A DNA stretch of 32,000 nt from Candidatus Nitrospira inopinata (GCF_001458695.1 NZ_LN885086.1:60001-92000), one strand, 5' to 3'. Positions 1-8,424 are shown, numbered from the stretch's first letter. Program-made: numbers and translations. The notes: generated by a model not told the origin, from the letters alone.

Positions 1-271
1 GCGGGGGCTTATAGAACGTCGTGGGATCGAAATACTTACTGAAAGTGACGGGCTCCCAGTACTGACCGTAAATTCCCTTTCCGGCCCCTTGCTCAGGATC
101 GAGGTACCTTTTCACCAGAGCCTCGTACAGCTCCTTTGGAGAAGCCGAACGGTCGATCTTCAGTGCCTCATAAGTTTCCTTCGGCACCGTCGGGAAGTCC
201 GCTTGCGCCGGTGCGGCCAGTAAAACGCCGCAGACGAGCATCACAAACTTCTGCGCAAACTTGCTGCTCAT
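1..271 (-). CDS. haoA: Hydroxylamine oxidoreductase (octahaem HAO)-like precursor, N-terminal 90 codons only; the gene runs off the left edge
   Basis: Absent from the ORF track because it is truncated by the edge. Minus-strand ATG at 271..269, with AAGGAG (279..284) 7 nt upstream. Translation: [90 protein letters not shown]. This is a Sec signal peptide with an AQA cleavage site. The remainder is nearly colinear with the mature N-terminus of Nitrosomonas europaea HAO as I remember it ([67 protein letters not shown]). No CXXCH motif is reached before the edge. Confidence 0.7.
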   Translation of the reverse strand, partial: MSSKFAQKFVMLVCGVLLAAPAQADFPTVPKETYEALKIDRSASPKELYEALVKRYLDPEQGAGKGIYGQYWEPVTFSKYFDPTTFYKPP

Positions 272-335
272 CGTCACGCTCCTTTTGTTGATAGTGGGTC
301 ACGTCCCACGTTTACTTCACGAATGCTGAAATATC

Positions 336-354
336 TTTCAATTGAAAAAATTTT
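336..354. promoter_or_regulatory. Perfect 12-bp palindrome TTTCAATTGAAA overlapping an A6/T5 tract, in the hao 5' region; candidate operator
   Basis: Read directly: 336..347 tttcaattgaaa equals its own reverse complement, and 344..354 gaaaaaattttt is also near-palindromic. It lies between the candidate promoter (401..429) and the hao ATG (271), in the most AT-rich stretch of the window. Confidence 0.3.
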
Positions 355-400
355 TAGGCCCACCACGCCGCGCACACCACGGTTCTTGAGCGCCGCGCTC

Positions 401-429
401 ATATATCTTAATGACTCGTCAATTGTCAA
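401..429 (-). promoter_or_regulatory. Candidate sigma70-type promoter for hao (TTGACA-N17-ATATAT)
   Basis: The minus strand reads cTTGACAattgacgagtcattaagATATATgag. The -35 TTGACA is at 429..424, followed by a 17-nt spacer and the -10 ATATAT at 406..401. It sits in the 239-nt AT-rich spacer between the ccmI stop (511) and the hao ATG (271). Motif match only. Confidence 0.4.
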
Positions 430-510
430 GAATATTTCGGATGTCACGAGAAACCGGCCTCCTGAGATTCGCGTGCATCTGCCTGTTAACGAAGATCCGG
501 CAAGAGAACC

Positions 511-1812
511 TCACGGTCGCTGGCGATCGATTACAATCGTAATGCCTTCCGTTCCCGGCTTGATCGGCTGACTCATCCCTTCAAGGTCTCCACTCCCAGG
601 CATGGCCGTCCCTGATCGAGAGAGGCGCGCCACAATCACCACGGTCTCGAGATCGGATAATTTGCGGGAGGGCATCGGACTGGTCGAATCGTCCAGCCTA
701 AAGGTAAACGGCAGATCCTTTTTCGTCGCGCGCACGATCGATACCGGCATCGGCGGTCCGTTCGGATCTTTCGCAAAGACGAACAAGGTGTCGGCTCCGG
801 AGGACTTGGCCTCCATACCGGGTCCCAAAATCACCTTGCCGGTGATCGCATGTGATCCGCCTCGTTTGTTGATCGGAGGATGATCGGCTGGAACCGATGA
901 CTCGGCAAGCGCGGCATTTGCCATCGCCATCAATGGAGCTCCGCCCATCCGCCGCTTCGCCTCGTTGATGCCGGCCATGAGTTGTTCGGTGGATTCCGGA
1001 TCAGAATTCTGAGGCAGATTCGCGCGCGCCAGTTCCCAATCTTTGACGGCCGAAGCAAAATCCTTCCGGTTAAAGGCCACGGTGCCCGAGAGCATCAACG
1101 CCTTCACGTTATTGGGGTCAAGCTGTAATGCCTTCTGAATCAGAGCCTCGGGCTTGCCTTCAAGTTTGCGTCCCTGATGAACCCCGAGCGCATCGGCATA
1201 ATCCGCGAGCAGGCCCGCGTCGTTGGGATTCAGCGTCACGGCCCTTTCGAAAATCGGCACGGCCTCGGCATAGCGATCCATCGCCATATAGGAGCGAGCC
1301 AAGAGGGTCCACCCCGTCACGTCATCGGGGTTCTGCTCCAGTTTCTGTTTCAGTCGTTCAATCAACGTATTGAGCCCCTCCGCCATCAGACGATCATCTT
1401 CCACGTCACCTTGCGAAGCAGAGAACGCACTCGCCGCCGGATGCGTCATGGCCACCGGATTGCCCAAGGACCAGTACAAGATCCCGCTTGCAGTCGGAAT
1501 AAGCACGACGAGCGCCACCGCGACGTATTTCACGTTCATCGGCCGGGCCGCCGTCTGTCCTCTTTCGGTCACGCCCACCTCCTCCAACAGACGACGTTCT
1601 AATTCTTGGCGCGCCGTCAGATATTGCTCCTCCGTCAGCAACCCGCTGGATTTGTCCTGCTCCAGTTCCGCGAATTGCTGTCGATAGACCGGCAGCGTCT
1701 TCTCCCGCTCCACACCCGCTCCCGCAGCGGCCTGCTTGAAGAGCGGGCGCAGAAGAACTCCCAGGATGATCAGAATCAGAGCCGTGGCGATCAGTCCGAA
1801 TGCGAGAGTCAT
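511..1812 (-). CDS. ccmI: Cytochrome c-type biogenesis protein CcmI/CycH (TPR-containing apocytochrome chaperone)
   Basis: 433-aa ORF. It has an N-terminal TM helix, a second TM helix, a TPR-like region (WTLLARSYMAMDRYAEAVPIFERAVTLNPNDAGLLADYADAL...) and a CycH-type C-terminal domain. Its ATG overlaps the ccmH stop (ATGA at 1809..1812). Last gene of the ccm operon. Confidence 0.85.
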   Translation of the reverse strand: MTLAFGLIATALILIILGVLLRPLFKQAAAGAGVEREKTLPVYRQQFAELEQDKSSGLLTEEQYLTARQELERRLLEEVGVTERGQTAARPMNVKYVAVALVVLIPTASGILYWSLGNPVAMTHPAASAFSASQGDVEDDRLMAEGLNTLIERLKQKLEQNPDDVTGWTLLARSYMAMDRYAEAVPIFERAVTLNPNDAGLLADYADALGVHQGRKLEGKPEALIQKALQLDPNNVKALMLSGTVAFNRKDFASAVKDWELARANLPQNSDPESTEQLMAGINEAKRRMGGAPLMAMANAALAESSVPADHPPINKRGGSHAITGKVILGPGMEAKSSGADTLFVFAKDPNGPPMPVSIVRATKKDLPFTFRLDDSTSPMPSRKLSDLETVVIVARLSRSGTAMPGSGDLEGMSQPIKPGTEGITIVIDRQRP

Positions 1813-2270
1813 GATTCTTTCACTCCTTGGGAGAGCAGCCGCTCCACGCGCCGATGCTCTTCATCCGTAATGACCGCGTTCTCTACCATTCTTTGCCGAC
1901 GCCTCAACGTCACGGCAAGCGCGATTCCTCCTCCGACCAGCAAGACGAAAGGCCCCACCCACAACAGCATGGTGGTGGTCTTGAGAGGAGGTCGGTATAG
2001 GACAAAATCTCCGTACCGCGACACAAGAAAATCGACGATCTCCCGATCACTCATATCCTTGACGATCATCTCGCGGACTTCACGGCGCAAATCCTCCGCC
2101 AGCGGCGCATTGGAATCGGCGAGGGTTTGATTCTGGCAAACCAGGCAGCGAAGCTCTCCGGCCAACTGCTTCAGACGCGCTTCAACGGCGGGATCGTCTC
2201 CCATGGGCCTCGCCTCTCCGGCCCATGCCGACCCCGCGACAAGCAACAGCAGAGAGAACAACCAGTTCAC
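1809..2270 (-). CDS. ccmH: Cytochrome c-type biogenesis protein CcmH (thiol-reducing LRCxxC component)
   Basis: 153 aa. Signal peptide, then the signature LRCLVCQNQTLADSNAPLAEDLRREVREM and a C-terminal TM helix. It overlaps the neighbouring genes at both ends. Confidence 0.9.
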   Translation of the reverse strand: MNWLFSLLLLVAGSAWAGEARPMGDDPAVEARLKQLAGELRCLVCQNQTLADSNAPLAEDLRREVREMIVKDMSDREIVDFLVSRYGDFVLYRPPLKTTTMLLWVGPFVLLVGGGIALAVTLRRRQRMVENAVITDEEHRRVERLLSQGVKES

Positions 2271-2794
2271 TTCGCTTGCAGCTCCTGTATCAAGGGCAGG
2301 ATTTTCTTGGTCACCGTTTCATCGTCCAACGGTCCGATTTGCTTATATCGGATGACGCCCTGCTTATCGATTACGTAGGTTTCCGGCACACCATAGACGC
2401 CATAGTCGATCCCGACCCGACCCGCCGCGTCGACGGCCACAACCTGATAGGGATTGCCCCACTGATCCAACCACGCCAGGGCTTCATCCCTTTGATCCTT
2501 GTAATCCATCCCATAAATCGGCGCGACGCCGGATCGGGCAAAATCCATGAGGATCGGATGCTCGGTTCTGCACCCGCTGCACCAGGAGGCCCAGAAGTTG
2601 AGCAGCCATACCTGGCCCTTCATATCGTCCAATGACAATGTCTTGCCGTCATCGTGCAGTTGGGGAAGCGAAAACGCAGGCGCGGCCTTGCCGATCAACG
2701 GAGAGGGGATCTCCCGCGGATTCAACGTCAGTCCCACCGCGAGAAAACCCACCATGACTGCAAAGATCGTGAGGGGCAACAGAAATCGACTCAT
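2267..2794 (-). CDS. ccmG: Thiol:disulfide oxidoreductase CcmG/DsbE
   Basis: 175 aa. N-terminal membrane anchor and a thioredoxin fold with active site WASWCSGCRTEHP plus GVYGVPETYVID. Confidence 0.9.
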   Translation of the reverse strand: MSRFLLPLTIFAVMVGFLAVGLTLNPREIPSPLIGKAAPAFSLPQLHDDGKTLSLDDMKGQVWLLNFWASWCSGCRTEHPILMDFARSGVAPIYGMDYKDQRDEALAWLDQWGNPYQVVAVDAAGRVGIDYGVYGVPETYVIDKQGVIRYKQIGPLDDETVTKKILPLIQELQAK

Positions 2795-2799
2795 GCCAT

Positions 2800-4782
2800 T
2801 TACCGACCGGCCAGTTGTGCGTTCGCCGGCACCACGTGCGGTTCACGCCTCCAGGCCGGGCGGTAGCGCCGGTCGCTGACGGCCAACGCACCGCCCAAAG
2901 CCATGATCAAACACCCACCCCAAATCCAATTCACAAACGGCTTATGATACAGCCGCACGCTCCATGCTCCGTCCTCCAACGGCTCGCCCAAGGACACGTA
3001 CAGATCCCGCACCACTCCGCTGTCGATTGCGGCTTCCGTCATCACCTGATTTTGAGCCGTATAGCGTCGTTTCTCCGGATACAGCAGGGCGGTTTCCCGA
3101 CCGTCGCGGCTCACATGGAACGTCCCGCGCACCGCCGTATAGTTGGGGCCTCTCACGTTCTGCACGCCGTCGAACCGGAACGTATATCCGCCGACGGTCG
3201 CGATGTCCCCCGCGCCCATCCGAACGTCTTGTTCCGTCTCAAATCCCTTGACCATCGTGACCCCGATCACGAACACGGCGATCCCGCAGTGGGCCAGGAG
3301 CATTCCCCAATAGGCTCGCGGCAATCTCGCAAGGCGCGCACCAATGCCGCCTCCGACCGCATGGGCGAGCTGCTCGCGCACCGATATGACAGCGGTCGCC
3401 ACGATCCAGCACGCCAGGAGGAACCCTAAACTGAGCAGCGGCGTCCATTCTCCCAGAACGATCGGCAAGCCCAATGCCGTCAACACACTGACGCCGGCGG
3501 CCCAGCGCACCCGTTTCGCCAAATCCGGGATCTCGGCTTTTTTCCACTGAGCCAACGGGCCGATACCCATCAAAAAGAGCGCCGGCATGATCAACGGGAC
3601 GAAGACCGAATCAAAATAGGGCGGGCCGACGGAAATTTTCCCCAGGTCCAGCGCGTCAAGAAACAGCGGATACAACGTTCCCAACAGCACAGCCCCCGTT
3701 GCCGCCACCAGCAGCACGTTGTTGGCCAGCAGGAAACCTTCCCGCGACACGGGAGCGAAGCCTCCGCCCAACCCCACCCGCGGAGCGCGCCAGGCATACA
3801 ACAGCAGGGACCCGCCGATCACGACAGCCAAAAACGACAAGATAAACAAGCCGCGCTTGGGATCCGTCGCGAACGCGTGGACGGACGTCAAGACGCCGGA
3901 ACGGACCAGGAAGGTTCCGAGTAAACTCAGCGAAAAGGCCATGATGGCGAGCAGCACCGTCCACACCTTGAACCCGCCCCGTTTATCGGTCACGGCGAGC
4001 GAGTGGACCAACGCGGTCCCCGCCAGCCACGGCATGAACGAGGCATTTTCGACCGGATCCCAAAACCACCATCCGCCCCATCCCAATTCGTAATAGGCCC
4101 ATCCGCTGCCCAGCGCGATCCCGATCGTCAGAAAACACCAGGCCACCGTCGTCCAGGGTCGCGACCAGCGGGCCCAGGCCGCGTCAAGATTGCCGCCCAA
4201 GAGCGCAGCCAAAGCGAAAGCGAACGCCACGGAGAATCCCACATAGCCCATGTACAGCATCGGGGGATGGAGCACCATGCCGGGATCCTGCAAGAGCGGA
4301 TTCAAATCGCGCCCCTCGGCTGCGGCGGGGATGAGCCGCTCGAACGGATTGGACACGCTCAACATGAACAGGAGAAACCCCACGCTCACCAGCCCCATCA
4401 CCCCGAGAATGCGCGAACGCATCGCCTCCGGCAAATGGGACGAAAACAACGTCACGGCAAACATCCAAATCGTGAGGATGAACGTCCACAAGAGCAACGA
4501 ACCCTCATGCGCTCCCCAGATGGCCGCCAGCCGATAATGAAGAGGTAACTGGGAATTCGATGTCGCCGCCACGTACAACACGGAAAAATCCTTGTTCGCG
4601 AAGGCATAGGCCAGGCAGCCGAAGGCCGTGAGTACGAGGAAAAATTGGCAGCGCGCCGCCGGCGCCGCGAGGGCCATCAACCTGGAGTTGCCGACGGCCG
4701 CTCCATAGATGGGGAGAGTTCCCTGCACGAGCGCAACGCACAACGCAAGGATCAAGGCAAAGTGACCGATTTCTGGAATCAT
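2800..4782 (-). CDS. ccmF: Cytochrome c haem lyase subunit CcmF
   Basis: 660-aa polytopic membrane protein. It carries the WWFWDPVENASFMPWL tryptophan-rich (WWD) motif and conserved His residues. Its position between ccmE and ccmG is canonical. Confidence 0.95.
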   Translation of the reverse strand: MIPEIGHFALILALCVALVQGTLPIYGAAVGNSRLMALAAPAARCQFFLVLTAFGCLAYAFANKDFSVLYVAATSNSQLPLHYRLAAIWGAHEGSLLLWTFILTIWMFAVTLFSSHLPEAMRSRILGVMGLVSVGFLLFMLSVSNPFERLIPAAAEGRDLNPLLQDPGMVLHPPMLYMGYVGFSVAFAFALAALLGGNLDAAWARWSRPWTTVAWCFLTIGIALGSGWAYYELGWGGWWFWDPVENASFMPWLAGTALVHSLAVTDKRGGFKVWTVLLAIMAFSLSLLGTFLVRSGVLTSVHAFATDPKRGLFILSFLAVVIGGSLLLYAWRAPRVGLGGGFAPVSREGFLLANNVLLVAATGAVLLGTLYPLFLDALDLGKISVGPPYFDSVFVPLIMPALFLMGIGPLAQWKKAEIPDLAKRVRWAAGVSVLTALGLPIVLGEWTPLLSLGFLLACWIVATAVISVREQLAHAVGGGIGARLARLPRAYWGMLLAHCGIAVFVIGVTMVKGFETEQDVRMGAGDIATVGGYTFRFDGVQNVRGPNYTAVRGTFHVSRDGRETALLYPEKRRYTAQNQVMTEAAIDSGVVRDLYVSLGEPLEDGAWSVRLYHKPFVNWIWGGCLIMALGGALAVSDRRYRPAWRREPHVVPANAQLAGR

Positions 4783-4794
4783 GGCGGGTATGTC

Positions 4795-5262
4795 CTATTG
4801 GGGTTGAACAATCAGCGTGTTGCTGCTCTGGGCGCCGGAGGCCTTGGCTCTGGCCAAAGCTTCGGCGGCCTCGGGCGGCATGTAATTTTCGTCGTGCTTC
4901 GCCAACACTTCACTGGCGACGAACGTCCCCTCGGCATCAAGCTGTCCTTGGGCGACCGCCCCTTTCCCTTCCTTGAAAAGATCCGGCAGAATGCCTTTAT
5001 AAACCACCGGCACGCGCTTGGCGGTGTCCGTCACCACGAAGCGGACGGTCAGGCCGTCGGCTTCGCGCTTGACACTCCCGTCTTCGACCATCCCGCCGAT
5101 CCGAAAACTCCGCCCTTTCGGCACCTCGCCGTTGGCCACCTGCGTCGGCGTGAAAAAGAATACCAGATTGCTCTGAAACGCGTTCAACACCAGCGCCGTC
5201 GCCACTCCCAACACCAGCAAGCCCAACCCGACGAACGCAAATCGTTTTTGCCGAGGCGTCAT
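4795..5262 (-). CDS. ccmE: Haem chaperone CcmE
   Basis: I take the internal ATG at 5262 as the start ([19 protein letters not shown]...). It overlaps the ccmD stop as ATGA. Membrane anchor, an OB-fold, and the C-terminal haem-binding [12 protein letters not shown] motif. The longer track ORF (to 5337) is an Arg-rich extension that overlaps ccmD. Confidence 0.9.
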   Translation of the reverse strand: MTPRQKRFAFVGLGLLVLGVATALVLNAFQSNLVFFFTPTQVANGEVPKGRSFRIGGMVEDGSVKREADGLTVRFVVTDTAKRVPVVYKGILPDLFKEGKGAVAQGQLDAEGTFVASEVLAKHDENYMPPEAAEALARAKASGAQSSNTLIVQPQ

Positions 5263-5429
5263 CCGATGTCCCTCACTATGCCCCGGCTTTCGGCGATCGC
5301 GGCGGCGCGCCGACGCCAGAGCGCGAGAATTTCCCACGCCATGCAGAGCCCCGTGATGATGAATGATGTCCAGACGTACAGACCATAGCCGCCCATCTCA
5401 AGAAATTCGCTCAGACTGCTCCAGTACAT
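5259..5429 (-). CDS. ccmD: Haem exporter protein CcmD
   Basis: 56 aa from the ATG at 5429 ([41 protein letters not shown]...). This ATG overlaps the ccmC stop as TGATG. A single TM helix followed by basic residues, typical of CcmD. Confidence 0.75.
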   Translation of the reverse strand: MYWSSLSEFLEMGGYGLYVWTSFIITGLCMAWEILALWRRRAAAIAESRGIVRDIG

Positions 5430-6175
5430 CAGCGCACCCCCGCGACTTCCGGCACCGACGACGGTTTGCTCCACAACTGGAGACTCTCGCGCTCAAGGAT
5501 CACGCAGCGAGCGCGGCTTAGGATCACCGCCAGACTGTACATCCAGAAGCCGAACGTCATCAGCAACATGCCCGTCAGCATGATCGTCGCCATTTTCGGC
5601 GCCGCCGTCATACTGACCGACGCCCCTTGATGCAACGTGTTCCACCACTGGACCGAAAAATAGATGATGGGAATGTTGACGACCCCGACCAGCGCGCAGA
5701 CCCCGCTGGCGCGATCGGCCCGGCGCTGATCGTCGATCGACGTCCGCAACAGCATCACGCCGGCATATTGGAACAGGAGAATCAATTCCGACGTCAGCCG
5801 GGCATCCCACACCCACCAGGCGCCCCACGTCGGTTTCCCCCACATCGCCCCGGTCAACAGCGCAAGAAAGGTGAACATGGCGCCGGTCGGCGCGATGGCC
5901 TGCGTCATCATGAACGAAAGGCGCGCGTTGAGCCCCAAGCCCACGGCGGCCCACACCGCCATGACGACGTAGAGAAACATGGACATCCACGCGGCCGGCA
6001 CGTGGACGAAAATGATCCGATAGGCCTCGCCCTGCTGAAAATCCGTCGGCGCGACGAGCAGTCCGATGTAGAGTCCCACGGCGATCGTCAGCGCCGCCAC
6101 CGTCCCGAACCAGGGAATCATCTTTCCCGCCAGCGGATAGAACGCCAGCGGCGCCGAGTACTTTGACCAATTCAC
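5429..6175 (-). CDS. ccmC: Haem exporter protein CcmC
   Basis: I place the start at GTG 6175, with AAGGA about 10 nt upstream, giving 248 aa (VNWSKYSAPLAFYPLAGKMIPWFG...). It contains the WGxxWxWDxRL tryptophan-rich motif (WGKPTWGAWWVWDARLTSE). The 378-aa track ORF is an artefactual upstream extension that overlaps ccmB. Confidence 0.9.
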   Translation of the reverse strand: MNWSKYSAPLAFYPLAGKMIPWFGTVAALTIAVGLYIGLLVAPTDFQQGEAYRIIFVHVPAAWMSMFLYVVMAVWAAVGLGLNARLSFMMTQAIAPTGAMFTFLALLTGAMWGKPTWGAWWVWDARLTSELILLFQYAGVMLLRTSIDDQRRADRASGVCALVGVVNIPIIYFSVQWWNTLHQGASVSMTAAPKMATIMLTGMLLMTFGFWMYSLAVILSRARCVILERESLQLWSKPSSVPEVAGVR

Positions 6176-6201
6176 CGTCTCAGAATCCTTCCGCTGTTTT
6201 C

Positions 6202-6885
6202 CTATTCGAGCGCGATGCGCAGCGCCGACGCCGTGGCCCAGGGCGCAAAAAACGACGATAAAACAAGACAGGCTCCAAGCAACGAGAGGTTGGCCTCGCC
6301 GCCGATTCCGGCCATGCTGCTCGTGACGGCGCCGGCTCCGAAGATCAGCACCGGAACGTAAAGGGGAAGCACCAAGAGGGCGACCAACAGCCCGCTTCCG
6401 CGCACTCCAAGCACCAGCGCGGCACCAATGCTTCCAATCATACTCAACGTCGGCGTCCCAAGCAAGAGCGAGAGGACCAGCATGCCCAATGCCTCGCCTT
6501 CCAAGCCGAATTGGAGGCCGAGCAGCGGCGACAGCAGCACCACGGGCAACCCGGACACCACCCAATGCGCAAAAACCTTTCCCGCCACCAGAACGGGCAA
6601 GGGCTGAGCGATCAACAGCATCTGCTCCAACACCCCGTCAAGATAATCGCCCGTAAACACCCGTCCAAGCGACAAGAGACAGGCCAAAAGCGCCGCCACC
6701 CACAGCACCCCGGCGGCAATGGTCCTCAGTACCGCCGGCTCCGGTCCCACCCCCAAGGGAAACAGACTTGCCACAATGACCAAGAACAACACCGAGATCG
6801 CCACGTCGGATCGACGGCGGATCGCCAGCAGGAGATCCCGCCAGATAATCCCGCGCAACGTCTCCCACAAACCCGGCTGATTCAT
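6202..6885 (-). CDS. ccmB: Haem exporter permease CcmB
   Basis: 227-aa six-TM protein in the canonical position. Its ATG overlaps the ccmA stop (ATGA at 6882..6885). Confidence 0.9.
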   Translation of the reverse strand: MNQPGLWETLRGIIWRDLLLAIRRRSDVAISVLFLVIVASLFPLGVGPEPAVLRTIAAGVLWVAALLACLLSLGRVFTGDYLDGVLEQMLLIAQPLPVLVAGKVFAHWVVSGLPVVLLSPLLGLQFGLEGEALGMLVLSLLLGTPTLSMIGSIGAALVLGVRGSGLLVALLVLPLYVPVLIFGAGAVTSSMAGIGGEANLSLLGACLVLSSFFAPWATASALRIALE

Positions 6886-7502
6886 CCGTCCAGCCTCAAC
6901 CGCTGAACCATCTCGGACGGGAGGGCCACCTCATGGTGCGTCACGACGACCGCGAGTCCTCCGCTCTGCAAGTGCGACCGCAGCCGCTCCGTCACCAGAG
7001 CCGTCGCCGCCTGATCCAACGAGGTAAACGGCTCATCCAAAAGCCACAGGGGATGGGTCGAGAGCCAGAGGCGGGCCAGAGCCACGCGCCGCTTTTGTCC
7101 TTGCGACAACACTCTGGTCGGTAGATGATGAATCCGATGTTTCAGACCGACGGCCTCCAGTGCGTCCCGCACGGAGGCGTCGGACGGACGATCGCCGGTC
7201 AAGGCGGCGGTGAGCAGGAGATTTTCCGTCGCCGTCAGGTCATCTTTGATTCCATTGAGGTGGCCGATATAGGTCAATTGCGCGTAATACTGCTCTTTGA
7301 GCCGGCGAATATCGACCCCGTGCCAAAGAACGGCTCCCTCTTCGGGAGCCAGCAGGTTGCACAGCATGCGAAGAAAACTCGTCTTTCCGCTTCCGTTTTC
7401 TCCGACCACGGCCAACACGGTGCCCGGCTGCACCGTCACGTTCACGCCGGAAAACAGCCGCCGATCTCCTCGTCGGCAACTCAACGAAACGGCTTGCAAC
7501 AT
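6882..7502 (-). CDS. ccmA: Haem exporter ATP-binding protein CcmA
   Basis: Start taken at ATG 7502 (MLQAVSLSCRRGDRRLFSGVNVTVQPG...), with GAGGAG upstream. The track start at 7538 is a GTG. Walker A GENGSGKTS, the CcmA-type signature LSQGQKRRVALARL, and Walker B LWLLDEP are present. Confidence 0.9.
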   Translation of the reverse strand: MLQAVSLSCRRGDRRLFSGVNVTVQPGTVLAVVGENGSGKTSFLRMLCNLLAPEEGAVLWHGVDIRRLKEQYYAQLTYIGHLNGIKDDLTATENLLLTAALTGDRPSDASVRDALEAVGLKHRIHHLPTRVLSQGQKRRVALARLWLSTHPLWLLDEPFTSLDQAATALVTERLRSHLQSGGLAVVVTHHEVALPSEMVQRLRLDG

Positions 7503-7527
7503 GACGATCGGAACTCCTCTCAACCCG

Positions 7528-7550
7528 GACGGCGGCACGTCGCCGCCGTC
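7528..7550 (-). promoter_or_regulatory. GC-rich hairpin (9-bp stem, 5-nt loop) in the ccmA 5' leader
   Basis: gacggcggc-acgtc-gccgccgtc, read directly. It lies 26-48 nt upstream of the preferred ccmA ATG, just 5' of the SD. Function unknown. Confidence 0.3.
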
Positions 7551-7673
7551 ATCGATATCATCGAATGAAGCGGCTCAGATTAAGAGGAACAAGGCGCGGA
7601 AAACAAGAGGCGAGACGATGTGACGGCGCGCCGCCGGATCAACCGACAGTCCAGAATGTCTCTTGCCCTGAGA

Positions 7674-7708
7674 GCAACCCTGCTGCTAACTAGTAGCAGC
7701 AAGGTTGC
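7674..7708. promoter_or_regulatory. 35-nt near-perfect palindrome (15-bp arms with 1 mismatch, 5-nt centre) in the ccmA/DUF1269 divergent spacer
   Basis: gcaacccTGCTGCTA-actag-TAGCAGCAaggttgc. The arms 7674..7688 and 7694..7708 are reverse complements except for one C/A position. The centre contains ACTAGT. Confidence 0.5.
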
Positions 7709-7796
7709 CGACGTTCAGCCGTCGATGGCCGCCGAGTCCGAATCACTTTACACAGGCGTATCATTTGACCACATAAACCGGATAAGGAGATAGACC

Positions 7797-8345
7797 ATGA
7801 GTCAACTCGTGTGCATCGCATTCAAGGATTCCGGCACCGCCGACCAAGTGCTCAATGAACTACGGGCCATGGAATCACAATACGTCTTGGACCTGGAAGA
7901 CGCGGTCATCGTCGTCCGGGACAAAGACGGGAAGGTCCACCTCAAGCAATGCGTCGATGTGTTCGGAGGCGCCACAACTCACGGGGTTGCACTGGGCATC
8001 TTATGGGGCGGGCTCATGGGGCTGCTCTTCATGAATCCCCTCGCCGGGCTGCTGGGCAGTATCGCGGGCGGAGCGGGAGCCGGAGCGCTGACCAAGGCGG
8101 CGGAGGAATTCGGGATTTTAAGCGATTATGGAATCCCCGATGCCTTCATCAAGGCTCTTGGAAGCACCATCGCGCCTGGCACCTCCGCAATTTTTCTTCT
8201 GATCCATTTTGACGAAGACAAGTTGCTGAGCAAAATCTCAAAATACGAGGGAACGGTCCTCAAAACCTCGCTCAGCAAAGAGCAGGAAGAACGATTACGG
8301 GCGGCCCTCTCTCGGCACCATGACAGGCAACTGGGGAAGGGGTAA
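7797..8345 (+). CDS. DUF1269-family membrane protein
   Basis: 182 aa, with AAGGAG 7 nt upstream of the ATG. It has a soluble N-terminal domain (MSQLVCIAFKDSGTADQVLNELRAME...DAVIVVRDKDGKVHLKQ), a Gly-rich hydrophobic segment (GVALGILWGGLMGLLFMNPLAGLLGSIAGGAGAGAL) and a C-terminal domain. I recognise this architecture as DUF1269. Confidence 0.7.
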   Translation: MSQLVCIAFKDSGTADQVLNELRAMESQYVLDLEDAVIVVRDKDGKVHLKQCVDVFGGATTHGVALGILWGGLMGLLFMNPLAGLLGSIAGGAGAGALTKAAEEFGILSDYGIPDAFIKALGSTIAPGTSAIFLLIHFDEDKLLSKISKYEGTVLKTSLSKEQEERLRAALSRHHDRQLGKG

Positions 8346-8363
8346 GGCTCCTGCGGAACAATC

Positions 8364-8397
8364 GGGAGGATCACTCCGGCGGGAGGATCACTCCGGC
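8364..8397. repeat. Exact tandem duplication, 2 x 17 bp (GGGAGGATCACTCCGGC)
   Basis: 8364..8380 and 8381..8397 are identical. The repeat lies in the 79-bp spacer between the convergent DUF1269 and blc genes. Confidence 0.9.
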
Positions 8398-8424
8398 GCT
8401 TGATCGCGACACAGGCCCGCTACC

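Noticed and set aside
5429-6565. 378-aa version of ccmC and other N-terminally extended track ORFs (queA to 24831, dprA to 14649, mrdA to 19457, ccmE to 5337, leuA to 31480)
   Set aside because: The extensions are Arg/Gly-rich, overlap the preceding gene and lack homology. Internal starts with an SD and/or ATGA-type coupling give products of canonical length.
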